From Candidatus Nomurabacteria bacterium (GTDB taxonomy: Bacteria; Patescibacteriota; Minisyncoccia; Phycocordibacterales; SBAW01), in assembly GCA_943356415.1 (NCBI GenBank), contig CALREW010000002.1, positions 6,639 to 70,638 on the forward strand: a stretch of 64,000 nt of DNA, read 5' to 3'. Positions 47,504-55,123 of the stretch are shown here, piece after piece (positions within the stretch are counted from its first letter, which is position 1; each line of letters opens with the position of its first letter). The notes beneath the pieces are model-generated. The model saw only the letters and a program-made list of their open reading frames with translations. It did not search any database and was not told the origin of the DNA. The position numbers were made by a program, and so were the translations under genes.

Positions 47504-48568
47504 TTATCCGAAAGTAAAAGCATAGAAACGAACTCTTCCCTCTTTTACTCGCAGTTCGAGTTGGTGGGACTCTGCAGAATCTGCGTGCATCACATGGTAG
47601 AGTTTGCTTTCTCTTACCGTTATTACTCCGTCAACGACGTCAGTTTGAGTGAGCGTCCCTACCACCACATCGTCAATGAGAACTTCTACAGCAGAGGGGC
47701 TGTCCGCAGCCGCAACAATATAAACATCCTTTGCATCATATCGGTACACAACGGACGCTCCTGTTGCCCTCGTCTCTGCGTACTCAGGCCCAATAGCCCA
47801 CGAACCACTGAGATAGAGCGTATTTGAAGCAAGTGTCCCTGGCACAACAAAGGTATCCGTCACAGGAGCGCCCGGTATGCCGTTGCCAAGCCGTTCATTT
47901 CTAAGCGATCCAAAGTACGTCTCAGGACTTTGCGTCTCAACAATATCTTTACGCACCTTTGATGCAGCAAGATTCCCGACTAAAGCATCGTTATTAGTTT
48001 CTCCAAGTACGTGAGCTCGCTCGTCGAGCAATGCACGTATTTTCGTCTCCGTTTCTTCGTACCCACCTTCTCCGATGTGGTCATATACAACATTGCCATG
48101 AATATCGATAAGATATTTATGCGGCCAGTAGCTATTGTGATACGCGTTCCAGGTACCATACGCATTATCCAGAACAATGGGAAATGTCAGTCCGAATTGT
48201 GAAGCTGCAGCTTTCACGTTGGCGATATCCTTCTCGAAAGCGAACTCGGGGGTGTGTATGGCAACAATCTCAAACCCCTTGTCATGATAGGCCTCGTACC
48301 ACGCACGAAGGTACGGGAAGGTGCGCTGACAATTGATGCAACTGTAGGTTAAGAAGTCGACCAATATCACCTTTTTGCCGACAATATCTTTCAACGCTAT
48401 CGGGCCGGTATTAACGAAACCTGAAGGGTTAACTATCTCTGTGTATGGTGTTCCTGCGTACATTTCTGCAGCGTTTTTTTGTATGGCGGGTGCTTTGCTA
48501 AAGATAAGGGCAAGGCTGAGTGCCGCAACTATCAAAACAACTCCCGCAATGGCGTAGATTACTTTCAT
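47504..48568 (-). CDS. thioredoxin-fold thiol-disulfide oxidoreductase (TlpA/ResA-like) with an extra C-terminal domain
   Basis: Signal anchor plus a redoxin domain with CxxC (LTYSCINCQRTFPYL). Its stop overlaps the upstream ccdA. Confidence 0.75.
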   Translation of the reverse strand: MKVIYAIAGVVLIVAALSLALIFSKAPAIQKNAAEMYAGTPYTEIVNPSGFVNTGPIALKDIVGKKVILVDFLTYSCINCQRTFPYLRAWYEAYHDKGFEIVAIHTPEFAFEKDIANVKAAASQFGLTFPIVLDNAYGTWNAYHNSYWPHKYLIDIHGNVVYDHIGEGGYEETETKIRALLDERAHVLGETNNDALVGNLAASKVRKDIVETQSPETYFGSLRNERLGNGIPGAPVTDTFVVPGTLASNTLYLSGSWAIGPEYAETRATGASVVYRYDAKDVYIVAAADSPSAVEVLIDDVVVGTLTQTDVVDGVITVRESKLYHVMHADSAESHQLELRVKEGRVRFYAFTFG

Positions 48569-49299
48569 GATTGTGGCTGCACGCGCTGAAGCAGCAGCTG
48601 TTCTACTTTTGTAACGTCGATATATCCACTGTTGAGGATAGTTGTCTCAATTTTTTTCTCGAAACCAAACGCGATCGAAAGACCCAGAATAATAAACAAA
48701 ACTCCAATACCTCTTTTAAAGTAGCCGCGCGAGTCTGAAATCGCCGCGAGGCGATTTGCAAAACGCTGACCAAACAGTGCGACGAGTATTAACATGAGAG
48801 AGAGCCCCACTACGTATGCAAACAAATACAATGTCCCGAGCGCAAAGGAAGCCGGTAGTACCGAGGCAAGGATAACGAAGTATGTCGGCGAGCACGTGGA
48901 GAAAACTGGACCGAGGGCAGCGCCAACAACAACGTCACCCCATAGACTCTTCCCGCGAGCGCCTGCGCCAAGTGCATTATTAGACATCACAGAAAGACGC
49001 TGTACCCCAGGCAGATACTCCCACAGTGCAGGCATCGCAAGCGTTAAACCGAAGAGCGTTAGTATTCCGCCTGAAAGATAGGCCCACGCAGCAGCCGGCA
49101 CCATCACAAAAGCCGTAGACACCTTAAGAACGTAGGTGAAGAAGATGATAGACGCTGCAAGAGAAGCAACGACAACATACGGCGTCGCACGGCTCTTGCC
49201 AGTCGCCGCAGTCCCAAGCACGACAGGCAAAAGCGGCAAAATGCACGGAGCAAGAACCGTTAAGACACCGGCTAAAAATGAGACAGCGAGAAAGGTCAT
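48565..49299 (-). CDS. ccdA: cytochrome c-type biogenesis protein CcdA (DsbD family thiol-disulfide transporter)
   Basis: Six TM helices and the conserved Cys in LAPCILPLLPVVL. Confidence 0.8.
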   Translation of the reverse strand: MTFLAVSFLAGVLTVLAPCILPLLPVVLGTAATGKSRATPYVVVASLAASIIFFTYVLKVSTAFVMVPAAAWAYLSGGILTLFGLTLAMPALWEYLPGVQRLSVMSNNALGAGARGKSLWGDVVVGAALGPVFSTCSPTYFVILASVLPASFALGTLYLFAYVVGLSLMLILVALFGQRFANRLAAISDSRGYFKRGIGVLFIILGLSIAFGFEKKIETTILNSGYIDVTKVEQLLLQRVQPQS

Positions 49300-49301
49300 A
49301 C

Positions 49302-49574
49302 CTATTGAGACATGGCGCCGTCCTTCTTCATCATTGAATCACCTTCGTTCTTCATAGCACCACTGCTCATGGTCGAATCATCCTTTTTCATCATGTCGGC
49401 ATCACTCATTGAGGACGTCGCCATTGATTCGTCCTTTACTGGAGCATCTTTTTGCATCATCGTTGCGTCTTCTTTTGCGACCATTGCATCATTACGAGAA
49501 GTATTAAAGTGCCATAGCACCCCCGCTCCCCCAACAACAATGACGAGTCCAATAATCCACAGTGCTGCTTTCAT
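49302..49574 (-). CDS. Met-rich small secreted protein
   Basis: 90 aa with a signal anchor, then a tail of about 65 aa carrying 15 Met in repeats (MMQKD, DADMMKKDDSTM, DSMMKKDGAMS). It sits 3 nt upstream of ccdA. Confidence 0.5.
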   Translation of the reverse strand: MKAALWIIGLVIVVGGAGVLWHFNTSRNDAMVAKEDATMMQKDAPVKDESMATSSMSDADMMKKDDSTMSSGAMKNEGDSMMKKDGAMSQ

Positions 49575-49630
49575 AGATAGAAATGTTTTTTATCGCTTGT
49601 ATATAAAAAGTGTAAGCGAAAGAAATATGA

Positions 49631-49650
49631 ATGTAAAGTTGACTTTACAT
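49631..49650. promoter_or_regulatory. candidate operator palindrome ATGTAAAG-N4-CTTTACAT, copy 1
   Basis: Perfect 8-4-8 palindrome 57 nt upstream of the Met-rich gene start. It is identical in its arms to copy 2 at 50285. Confidence 0.5.
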
Positions 49651-49682
49651 TACCTCTGTGGAGAACTGCATGTTCCACGGCA

Positions 49683-50048
49683 CTAGCGACGACTGTCGAT
49701 GTAGAGACGACTACCAAGCTTGCCTAGAAGCATCGCCACCAACCCGCCTACAAGCCACGGATCAACAGCGTGTGAAAACGATTGCACAGCAACTCCAACG
49801 ACCATAACTCCTGCACCAACAAGATATGCTGCACGTCCTGCAAAGGTGCGGTTTGCTTCGTCACGCTCATCCTGAGCATCTTCACGTAGGACAAAGGCCG
49901 CAAAAAGCCCAAACACGACAAGCGCTGCAGCTGCGATGCCCATAACTACCATGCTCGGCATAAATAAATCGAATGGATTAAGCAAAACAAGTGCCAGCGC
50001 AGCGAGTGCAGCGGCGGCGATGCCCTCTTTAAGATAGCTGGTGTTCAT
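49683..50048 (-). CDS. membrane protein partner of the XRE regulator (3-4 TM helices)
   Basis: Overlaps the XRE gene stop by 4 nt, indicating an operon, and is hydrophobic throughout. Confidence 0.5.
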   Translation of the reverse strand: MNTSYLKEGIAAAALAALALVLLNPFDLFMPSMVVMGIAAAALVVFGLFAAFVLREDAQDERDEANRTFAGRAAYLVGAGVMVVGVAVQSFSHAVDPWLVGGLVAMLLGKLGSRLYIDSRR

Positions 50049-50251
50049 GATGATATTGAAAATAATTTCTCGACGGGCACTGAGAATAATTTTGCAAGCT
50101 TAAGTGCGAGCAAAACAGAGGGTGTGTAATTACCCTTCTCGATAGCGATGATGGTCTGGCGGCTCACACCGACGTGCTCGGCTACATCCTCCTGCGTCAT
50201 CATTGCTTTTGTGCGTAACACATTCACCGTATTGCTAACACGCGCTGTCAT
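50045..50251 (-). CDS. XRE-family helix-turn-helix transcriptional regulator
   Basis: Cro/C1-type HTH: LRTKAMMTQEDVAEHVGVSRQTIIAIEKG. Confidence 0.85.
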   Translation of the reverse strand: MTARVSNTVNVLRTKAMMTQEDVAEHVGVSRQTIIAIEKGNYTPSVLLALKLAKLFSVPVEKLFSISS

Positions 50252-50284
50252 TTCTGTAGGGTAAGTATACTTTTCTGCTCACAA

Positions 50285-50304
50285 ATGTAAAGCGGTCTTT
50301 ACAT
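50285..50304. promoter_or_regulatory. candidate operator palindrome ATGTAAAG-N4-CTTTACAT, copy 2
   Basis: Perfect palindrome 33 nt upstream of the XRE start codon. Confidence 0.5.
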
Positions 50305-50418
50305 TCAACATACCAGGCACCTGCTACGATTTGACGTAGCCACTGCGCTTCACTAGGCTTGCTTCGGGAACACCGTTGAAAGCCCGCCCGAAAAATTGAT
50401 GACCGAGGGGAGCCGACT

Positions 50419-50892
50419 ATGCGTACCTTCTTAAGCCTTGCGTGCGCCCTTTTTGCCACCGCAGCCGCTATGTCCTGGAGCACGACTGCGTCGGCGCAAC
50501 CGACACAGAGCGAACTGCCGAAGGCTGACCGCGACCGGTGCAACAAAGTGGGGCCCGACGGTCAGCCACTTCTGCTTCGCCCGGGAGACGAAGGCTATCG
50601 GCACGCATGTCTGCACCAGTACTACAAGCAGCTGTACGATGCCGGCAAATGTCATTGCCATACCGGTTATTGTCGGCCGACAAGGATCCGGTACGTCGCT
50701 GGCATAAGCGAGGTTCTCATCAGCGGGGTCTGGTATGAGTTTCCTCGCGAAGCGTTGAAGCGCAAAGCCGAGGTGCCGCCGGAGCTCTGGGAACACGAAG
50801 CTCACGTCTGTGCCCACCCACTCGGTGGCACCGACGAGAAGGGCCGTCCAAAAGTGAACATCGAATGCGTCATGGAAAATGCCGCAGGATGA
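50419..50892 (+). CDS. hypothetical secreted Cys-rich protein (high-GC gene)
   Basis: Signal peptide MRTFLSLACALFATAAAMS, 9 Cys including CHCHTGYC. The gene is about 61% GC, with its own RBS GAGGGGAG and a downstream hairpin. Confidence 0.5.
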   Translation: MRTFLSLACALFATAAAMSWSTTASAQPTQSELPKADRDRCNKVGPDGQPLLLRPGDEGYRHACLHQYYKQLYDAGKCHCHTGYCRPTRIRYVAGISEVLISGVWYEFPREALKRKAEVPPELWEHEAHVCAHPLGGTDEKGRPKVNIECVMENAAG

Positions 50893-50897
50893 CACCG

Positions 50898-50931
50898 CGC
50901 CCCGCCGACCTTCGAGGTCCGGCGGGGCGCA
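50898..50931. terminator. GC-rich terminator hairpin after the 50419 gene
   Basis: CGCCCCGCCGACCTTCGAGGTCCGGCGGGGCG. Confidence 0.45.
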
Positions 50932-50944
50932 GCCAATTTAGAGA

Positions 50945-51364
50945 CTACGAAAGAAACAAAAAGCCAATCGTCGCGGCACCAATCCATCCAAGCGACGACA
51001 CTGCACCACTTATAAACATTTTTCTCTTTTCCCCTGCAGTAAGTTCTGCAAACGGTCGCTCTGAGGAAATGCCAAGCATCGTTCCGATAAAGAGTGCATT
51101 CACCACAAGTACCAATACAAATACCATTTTGATAACAAACGCTGGTTTCTGTATGTAAAAAGAAAGTCCCGGGTACACCATATAGAGTCCGGTGCCGATC
51201 ATCCCGAGGAGTCCGAGCCACACCAATCCGTGCAATAGTTCCATTCGCCGCTTTGGCAAAAGAGGCATTGTTCCGCGCACATAGGCAATGCCGTAGTGGT
51301 CGCTTGCAAGTATCGCGACTGCGGTGAGGATAAGGATGGTGAGATGTATATCTACAATATCCAT
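50945..51364 (-). CDS. hypothetical membrane protein (4 TM helices)
   Basis: 139-aa hydrophobic ORF. Confidence 0.4.
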   Translation of the reverse strand: MDIVDIHLTILILTAVAILASDHYGIAYVRGTMPLLPKRRMELLHGLVWLGLLGMIGTGLYMVYPGLSFYIQKPAFVIKMVFVLVLVVNALFIGTMLGISSERPFAELTAGEKRKMFISGAVSSLGWIGAATIGFLFLS

Positions 51365-51367
51365 ACG

Positions 51368-51589
51368 CTAGTATCCTCCTTGATCTTGTAACCCACTAAG
51401 TGTCTCGGTATACGAACCAAGAAATGACGGTACCGCGAAGAAAAGACCGATAAGCGGCAGAATAAAAAGCACGAGCGTAATGATAAGTGTCCATAAAAAG
51501 TATTTACGTGTGCGCTCAACGGACACATAGATAGCGTCTATCTCCGCTTTCATTGCATCAAGTTTTGCGGCGAGTTCCGGTTCAATCAT
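51368..51589 (-). CDS. hypothetical small membrane protein
   Basis: 73 aa, 3 nt from the downstream gene. Confidence 0.35.
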   Translation of the reverse strand: MIEPELAAKLDAMKAEIDAIYVSVERTRKYFLWTLIITLVLFILPLIGLFFAVPSFLGSYTETLSGLQDQGGY

Positions 51590-51706
51590 TACGCCATTGT
51601 ACCGTACGAGGCATGTCTTTTCCTGAACACAGGTATTTGACGCCGCGCATCCTATTTAGTTCAGTTCTCTTTGGAGAACCACCACAACGACAAGGGGCTT
51701 ATAGCT

Positions 51707-52222
51707 ATGGACATCGTCGACGCCGGAGGAAGCTTCGGCAAGGACTACGGCGAGGGAAAGGGCGTGGACAACTTCACATTCGGTACCACGTCGCCCGTCT
51801 ACGACATGCTCGCGCGCATGAAGTGCGAGATGCCGCACACCATTCGCGTCCCTTTCCAGAAGGACAGCCTACGGATGACGGACACAGACCGCGAGGTTAT
51901 CGCGCGGCTCTGCGTGCGCGAACCGAGCATGAGCGACCGCGTGGTCATCATCCACGGCACCGACACCATGCTCGAGACCGCCAAGGCGATTTCCGGCATG
52001 TGGTTGGCACACGGCCTCACCATCACCCGCACCATCGTGCTCACTGGCGCCGGCAGGCCGGCGTCCATGCGCATCACCGATGCCGACCTACAGTTCGGCT
52101 ACGCCTTCGGCGTCGCGAAGCTGTTGCCGCCCGGCATCTACATCGCCATGAACGGCGAACACCACCTCTGGAGTGAATGCCAGAAGTGCGACGACGGCGT
52201 CTTCCGCAAGATCGCTGCCTAG
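51707..52222 (+). CDS. asparaginase-family N-terminal-domain-like protein (half-size, high GC)
   Basis: HGTDTM motif (VVIIHGTDTMLETA) typical of L-asparaginase/GatD, but only about 170 aa. RBS AAGGGGC lies 8 nt before the ATG at 51707. The tracked ORF starts at a TTG at 51671. The gene is about 62% GC. Confidence 0.5.
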   Translation: MDIVDAGGSFGKDYGEGKGVDNFTFGTTSPVYDMLARMKCEMPHTIRVPFQKDSLRMTDTDREVIARLCVREPSMSDRVVIIHGTDTMLETAKAISGMWLAHGLTITRTIVLTGAGRPASMRITDADLQFGYAFGVAKLLPPGIYIAMNGEHHLWSECQKCDDGVFRKIAA

Positions 52223-52254
52223 CCGCCTTCGGGCGACCCGACCCACGAACACAG

Positions 52255-52281
52255 AACCCCGCCCGGGAGATGGGCGGGGTT
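52255..52281 (+). terminator. terminator hairpin after the 51707 gene
   Basis: AACCCCGCCCGGGAGATGGGCGGGGTT. Confidence 0.5.
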
Positions 52282-52289
52282 CGTGCTGT

Positions 52290-52328
52290 ATTAGGGCACC
52301 CTAGTGGCTATCTACTCTAATTTAGTGG
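52290..52328. repeat. intergenic palindromic repeat element, copy D (partial)
   Basis: ATTAGGGCACCCTAGTGGCTATCTACTCTAATTTAGTGG. It overlaps the stop of the 52322 gene. Confidence 0.45.
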
Positions 52329-52801
52329 ACCCTCGCGTAGGTCGTAACGTCACCACGACCGGTAAGGTCTGTGGTTGTAAGTATTTCACTGGTGAGGTCA
52401 GTTACCACGAAGTACGTGGTTTCTACTCCCCCTTCCCATTCAACTTTTACAACAGTCTTACCAGGGAAACTCGCGAGAGGAACAGAGGGGTTAGTTTCCT
52501 TTGCGAGATCAACAATCTTCCACTGCCCGTTCACGCCCGCAGTTGCATCTCCTTGATAGCGATCAATAATCACGCCATCTGCGCGAATCTCACGCGTAAA
52601 CTTTCCATCTGCATTACTTCTCCAGGTGCCGGAGAGCTGAGTCTCCATGCTTACCGTTCCATTCGTAGCTGCCTGTTGCGTTGTCTGCTGTGTGCCGTCC
52701 GTAGTTGCAAGCGGAGCGGTGGCATCCTTTGGCCAGAAGTAGAACGCTGCTGCAGCGACTGCAACAACTGCGACCAAGCCCGTAACAAATCGTGCGTTCA
52801 T
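52322..52801 (-). CDS. hypothetical secreted protein
   Basis: 159 aa with a signal anchor and a beta-rich composition. Confidence 0.4.
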   Translation of the reverse strand: MNARFVTGLVAVVAVAAAAFYFWPKDATAPLATTDGTQQTTQQAATNGTVSMETQLSGTWRSNADGKFTREIRADGVIIDRYQGDATAGVNGQWKIVDLAKETNPSVPLASFPGKTVVKVEWEGGVETTYFVVTDLTSEILTTTDLTGRGDVTTYARVH

Positions 52802-52828
52802 AGGTATACGATTAATGTGACTAATCTA

Positions 52829-53404
52829 TTATTGCGCCAATACTCCTACCTTAAAGGTAGCAAGAGTACTCTCAGGGCGCGACTGTCCTCCATGCTGCTT
52901 GGTGAACGCTTCTGTTCCATCCTTGCCACAGAGGCCCAAAATGGCCTGACGACCACCCGGATGTCTATCAATCCAACTCGTTACGTCATAGACCATGCCG
53001 TTTACGATTGTGTAGCAACTTGCTTCAGAATTGTGCTTCGCTACTTCATCAGCAGTAAATGGCGTTGTTGGCGTTTCTTTTGGGGTGACGTCTGCAACTG
53101 GCTGCTTCTTTGTGTACTGATACGCGTAGTACCCGCCGCCAATAATCGAACCCTTGTACCAGGTCACCTCCCCCATCATGGGCGACGTAAACGCGATATA
53201 GATGATGCCCGAAAGGACGGACGCTGCGACAAGATTTCCCAAAAGATTCCAGAGCATCTGCGGGATCATGCTCGAGAATTTTTCATTTCCCGTCGGATGA
53301 ATATTTGCCAATCGCATCCAAAGCTTGCCGGTCACCGGCCCATGTGCGAGAAACCCAATAATAAATACCGCCACAGCGGCAAGAACGATAGTGAGTGGAT
53401 TCAT
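52829..53404 (-). CDS. membrane protein with a C-terminal cytochrome b5-like heme-binding domain (DUF1761-like N-terminus)
   Basis: N-terminal 3-4 TM region, then FTADEVAKHNSEASCYTIVNGMVYDVTSWIDRHPGG (the cyt-b5 HPGG motif). Confidence 0.6.
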   Translation of the reverse strand: MNPLTIVLAAVAVFIIGFLAHGPVTGKLWMRLANIHPTGNEKFSSMIPQMLWNLLGNLVAASVLSGIIYIAFTSPMMGEVTWYKGSIIGGGYYAYQYTKKQPVADVTPKETPTTPFTADEVAKHNSEASCYTIVNGMVYDVTSWIDRHPGGRQAILGLCGKDGTEAFTKQHGGQSRPESTLATFKVGVLAQ

Positions 53405-53563
53405 AGATACTTAGTATAGCTAAAACATTAGCGACTGCGACCTCTCTTTTCTTTACGCTTATTGGAAAAATTTCTCCCCACCGCCTCAAATCGGGCAGCT
53501 TGAACGGGGACATTTTGCCGAGCGCTATTTCGTCTATCTTGTCTATTCATACGCTTTGGTTGG

Positions 53564-54985
53564 TTAGGGCTTACTAAGAGAGTTTAACTTAGCGCGAGTT
53601 GCAGGACCCACCGTTCCCGTCTGCTCAATACCGTAGCGCTTTTGAAAACGCTTCAGTGCTGCTTCAGTTGCCGCACCAAACGTACCGGTTACCAAACCTT
53701 CTGGATAAATCGTTTTGTCCTTAGCGAGAAAGGTTTGGAGGGCAGAGACATCCGGATGCTTTGTTCCGCGGCGAAGAGCGGCAGTAAATTTGTATGCGTT
53801 GCTCGTTGCCGCAGATGAACTTGTTTGCGGCGGAGCTTGGACAACTGCGATGCTTGAAGTGGAAACCGCAGTGACTGTCGGCATCATGGTTTGCCCTATT
53901 GGTAATACGGTTATCTCTGCCATCTGTGCGTTGCTGCCGTAGAAGTAGGAGCCATTCGCTTTTTGTGCAAGAAACATCACGCGCACCGTTTGTGGCGAGT
54001 ACGTGCGGTTGGTAAAGGTAATGGGAAACGCGTTTGAACTTGCCCCAATTGGAGTGGCGAACGCCGGAGTGTTGCATGCAAGAGTCGTTCCACCGCTTGT
54101 AATAACAACGTCCGCGCACGAGAACTGGAAGTTGGTGCTGGTGGCGTTAGTGACCGCAAACCCAAACTGCACTGCTCCACCTGAAGTAACCGTCGTTGCG
54201 CTTGCTTTGAAAGAAGTAATGATCGGATCTGGCATTGCAGGTTTTGGGGTCACTGTAATACCCACCTGTTTTCCGGCCGAGCCGTTGTAGAGTCCTGCCG
54301 TTATAGCTGGGAGCATATTTATAGAGACAGCTGCCGAGTTGGACGGATCATCGTTGATGATGCTCACTGTCTTTGAACCTGAGATGGGAAGGTCGCTCGG
54401 AAACGCTGGAGTGCCACACGGAAGCTGCACGCCATTTTCATCAAGAACACGAATATGGGCAGCGCAGTCAAAGCGCATGTTGGTTCCACCAACGTAGAGA
54501 CTCTCCCAACTGAGCGCGACGCTACTTCCCGAAGAAATAGTCTGCATGCTTGAAGTGAACGCGCTGATGGTTACAAAAGCTGATTCAACCGTGATAGACG
54601 CTTCTGCATAAGCAGAGTCATAACTCACACCGTAACTATCTTTTGGATAGAGGCGCGCCGTGACCGTCCTCGGTACACCGGCAACGTTGATAAACGTGAA
54701 GCCTGCCGAACCGACAGCACTCGAAGAGAGTGTCTGGCGACTATTGCACAGAAAATCAGAACCTTCGCGAGTGATGCGTACGCCAGTCGGGCACGTAAAG
54801 GTAATTTCCTCCGCTCCCCCGTTTGAAACATTCCACGCAACCGATGCGCTGTATGCGTTGTAAATCGACGAGGGATTGATGGTAAAAGAGTTTACGGACG
54901 GAGTTGCAGTAGCAAACGAAACAAGCGGTAGAGCAAAAAGCGCTGACGCAGATACATAGAGTGCTACGCGAGTGAACTTTTTCAT
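53564..54985 (-). CDS. secreted repeat protein with a C-terminal peptidoglycan-binding domain
   Basis: Signal peptide MKKFTRVALYVSASALFALPLVSFA, Ig-like Ser/Thr-rich repeats, and a C-terminal PG_binding_1-like region (HPDVSALQTFLAKDKTIYPEGLVTGTFGAATEAALKRFQKRYG). The tracked ORF is extended to 55105. Confidence 0.6.
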   Translation of the reverse strand: MKKFTRVALYVSASALFALPLVSFATATPSVNSFTINPSSIYNAYSASVAWNVSNGGAEEITFTCPTGVRITREGSDFLCNSRQTLSSSAVGSAGFTFINVAGVPRTVTARLYPKDSYGVSYDSAYAEASITVESAFVTISAFTSSMQTISSGSSVALSWESLYVGGTNMRFDCAAHIRVLDENGVQLPCGTPAFPSDLPISGSKTVSIINDDPSNSAAVSINMLPAITAGLYNGSAGKQVGITVTPKPAMPDPIITSFKASATTVTSGGAVQFGFAVTNATSTNFQFSCADVVITSGGTTLACNTPAFATPIGASSNAFPITFTNRTYSPQTVRVMFLAQKANGSYFYGSNAQMAEITVLPIGQTMMPTVTAVSTSSIAVVQAPPQTSSSAATSNAYKFTAALRRGTKHPDVSALQTFLAKDKTIYPEGLVTGTFGAATEAALKRFQKRYGIEQTGTVGPATRAKLNSLSKP

Positions 54986-55123
54986 ATCAAAAAGTATACC
55001 CCGCCTCACACATTGAGACGGTACTATTGCCTTTTCTAAAAAAGTTTGTATAGTTTTTCGCGGAACGCAACCACCGGTCCGTTTCCTTTCCTCATCCTCA
55101 ACCAACAGTCAGCGAGGGCAGCG

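Noticed and set aside
51553-52176. 207-aa His/Arg-rich ORF overlapping the asparaginase-like gene
   Set aside because: It is an alternative frame of a high-GC gene. The 51707 frame carries the conserved HGTDTM motif and a proper RBS.
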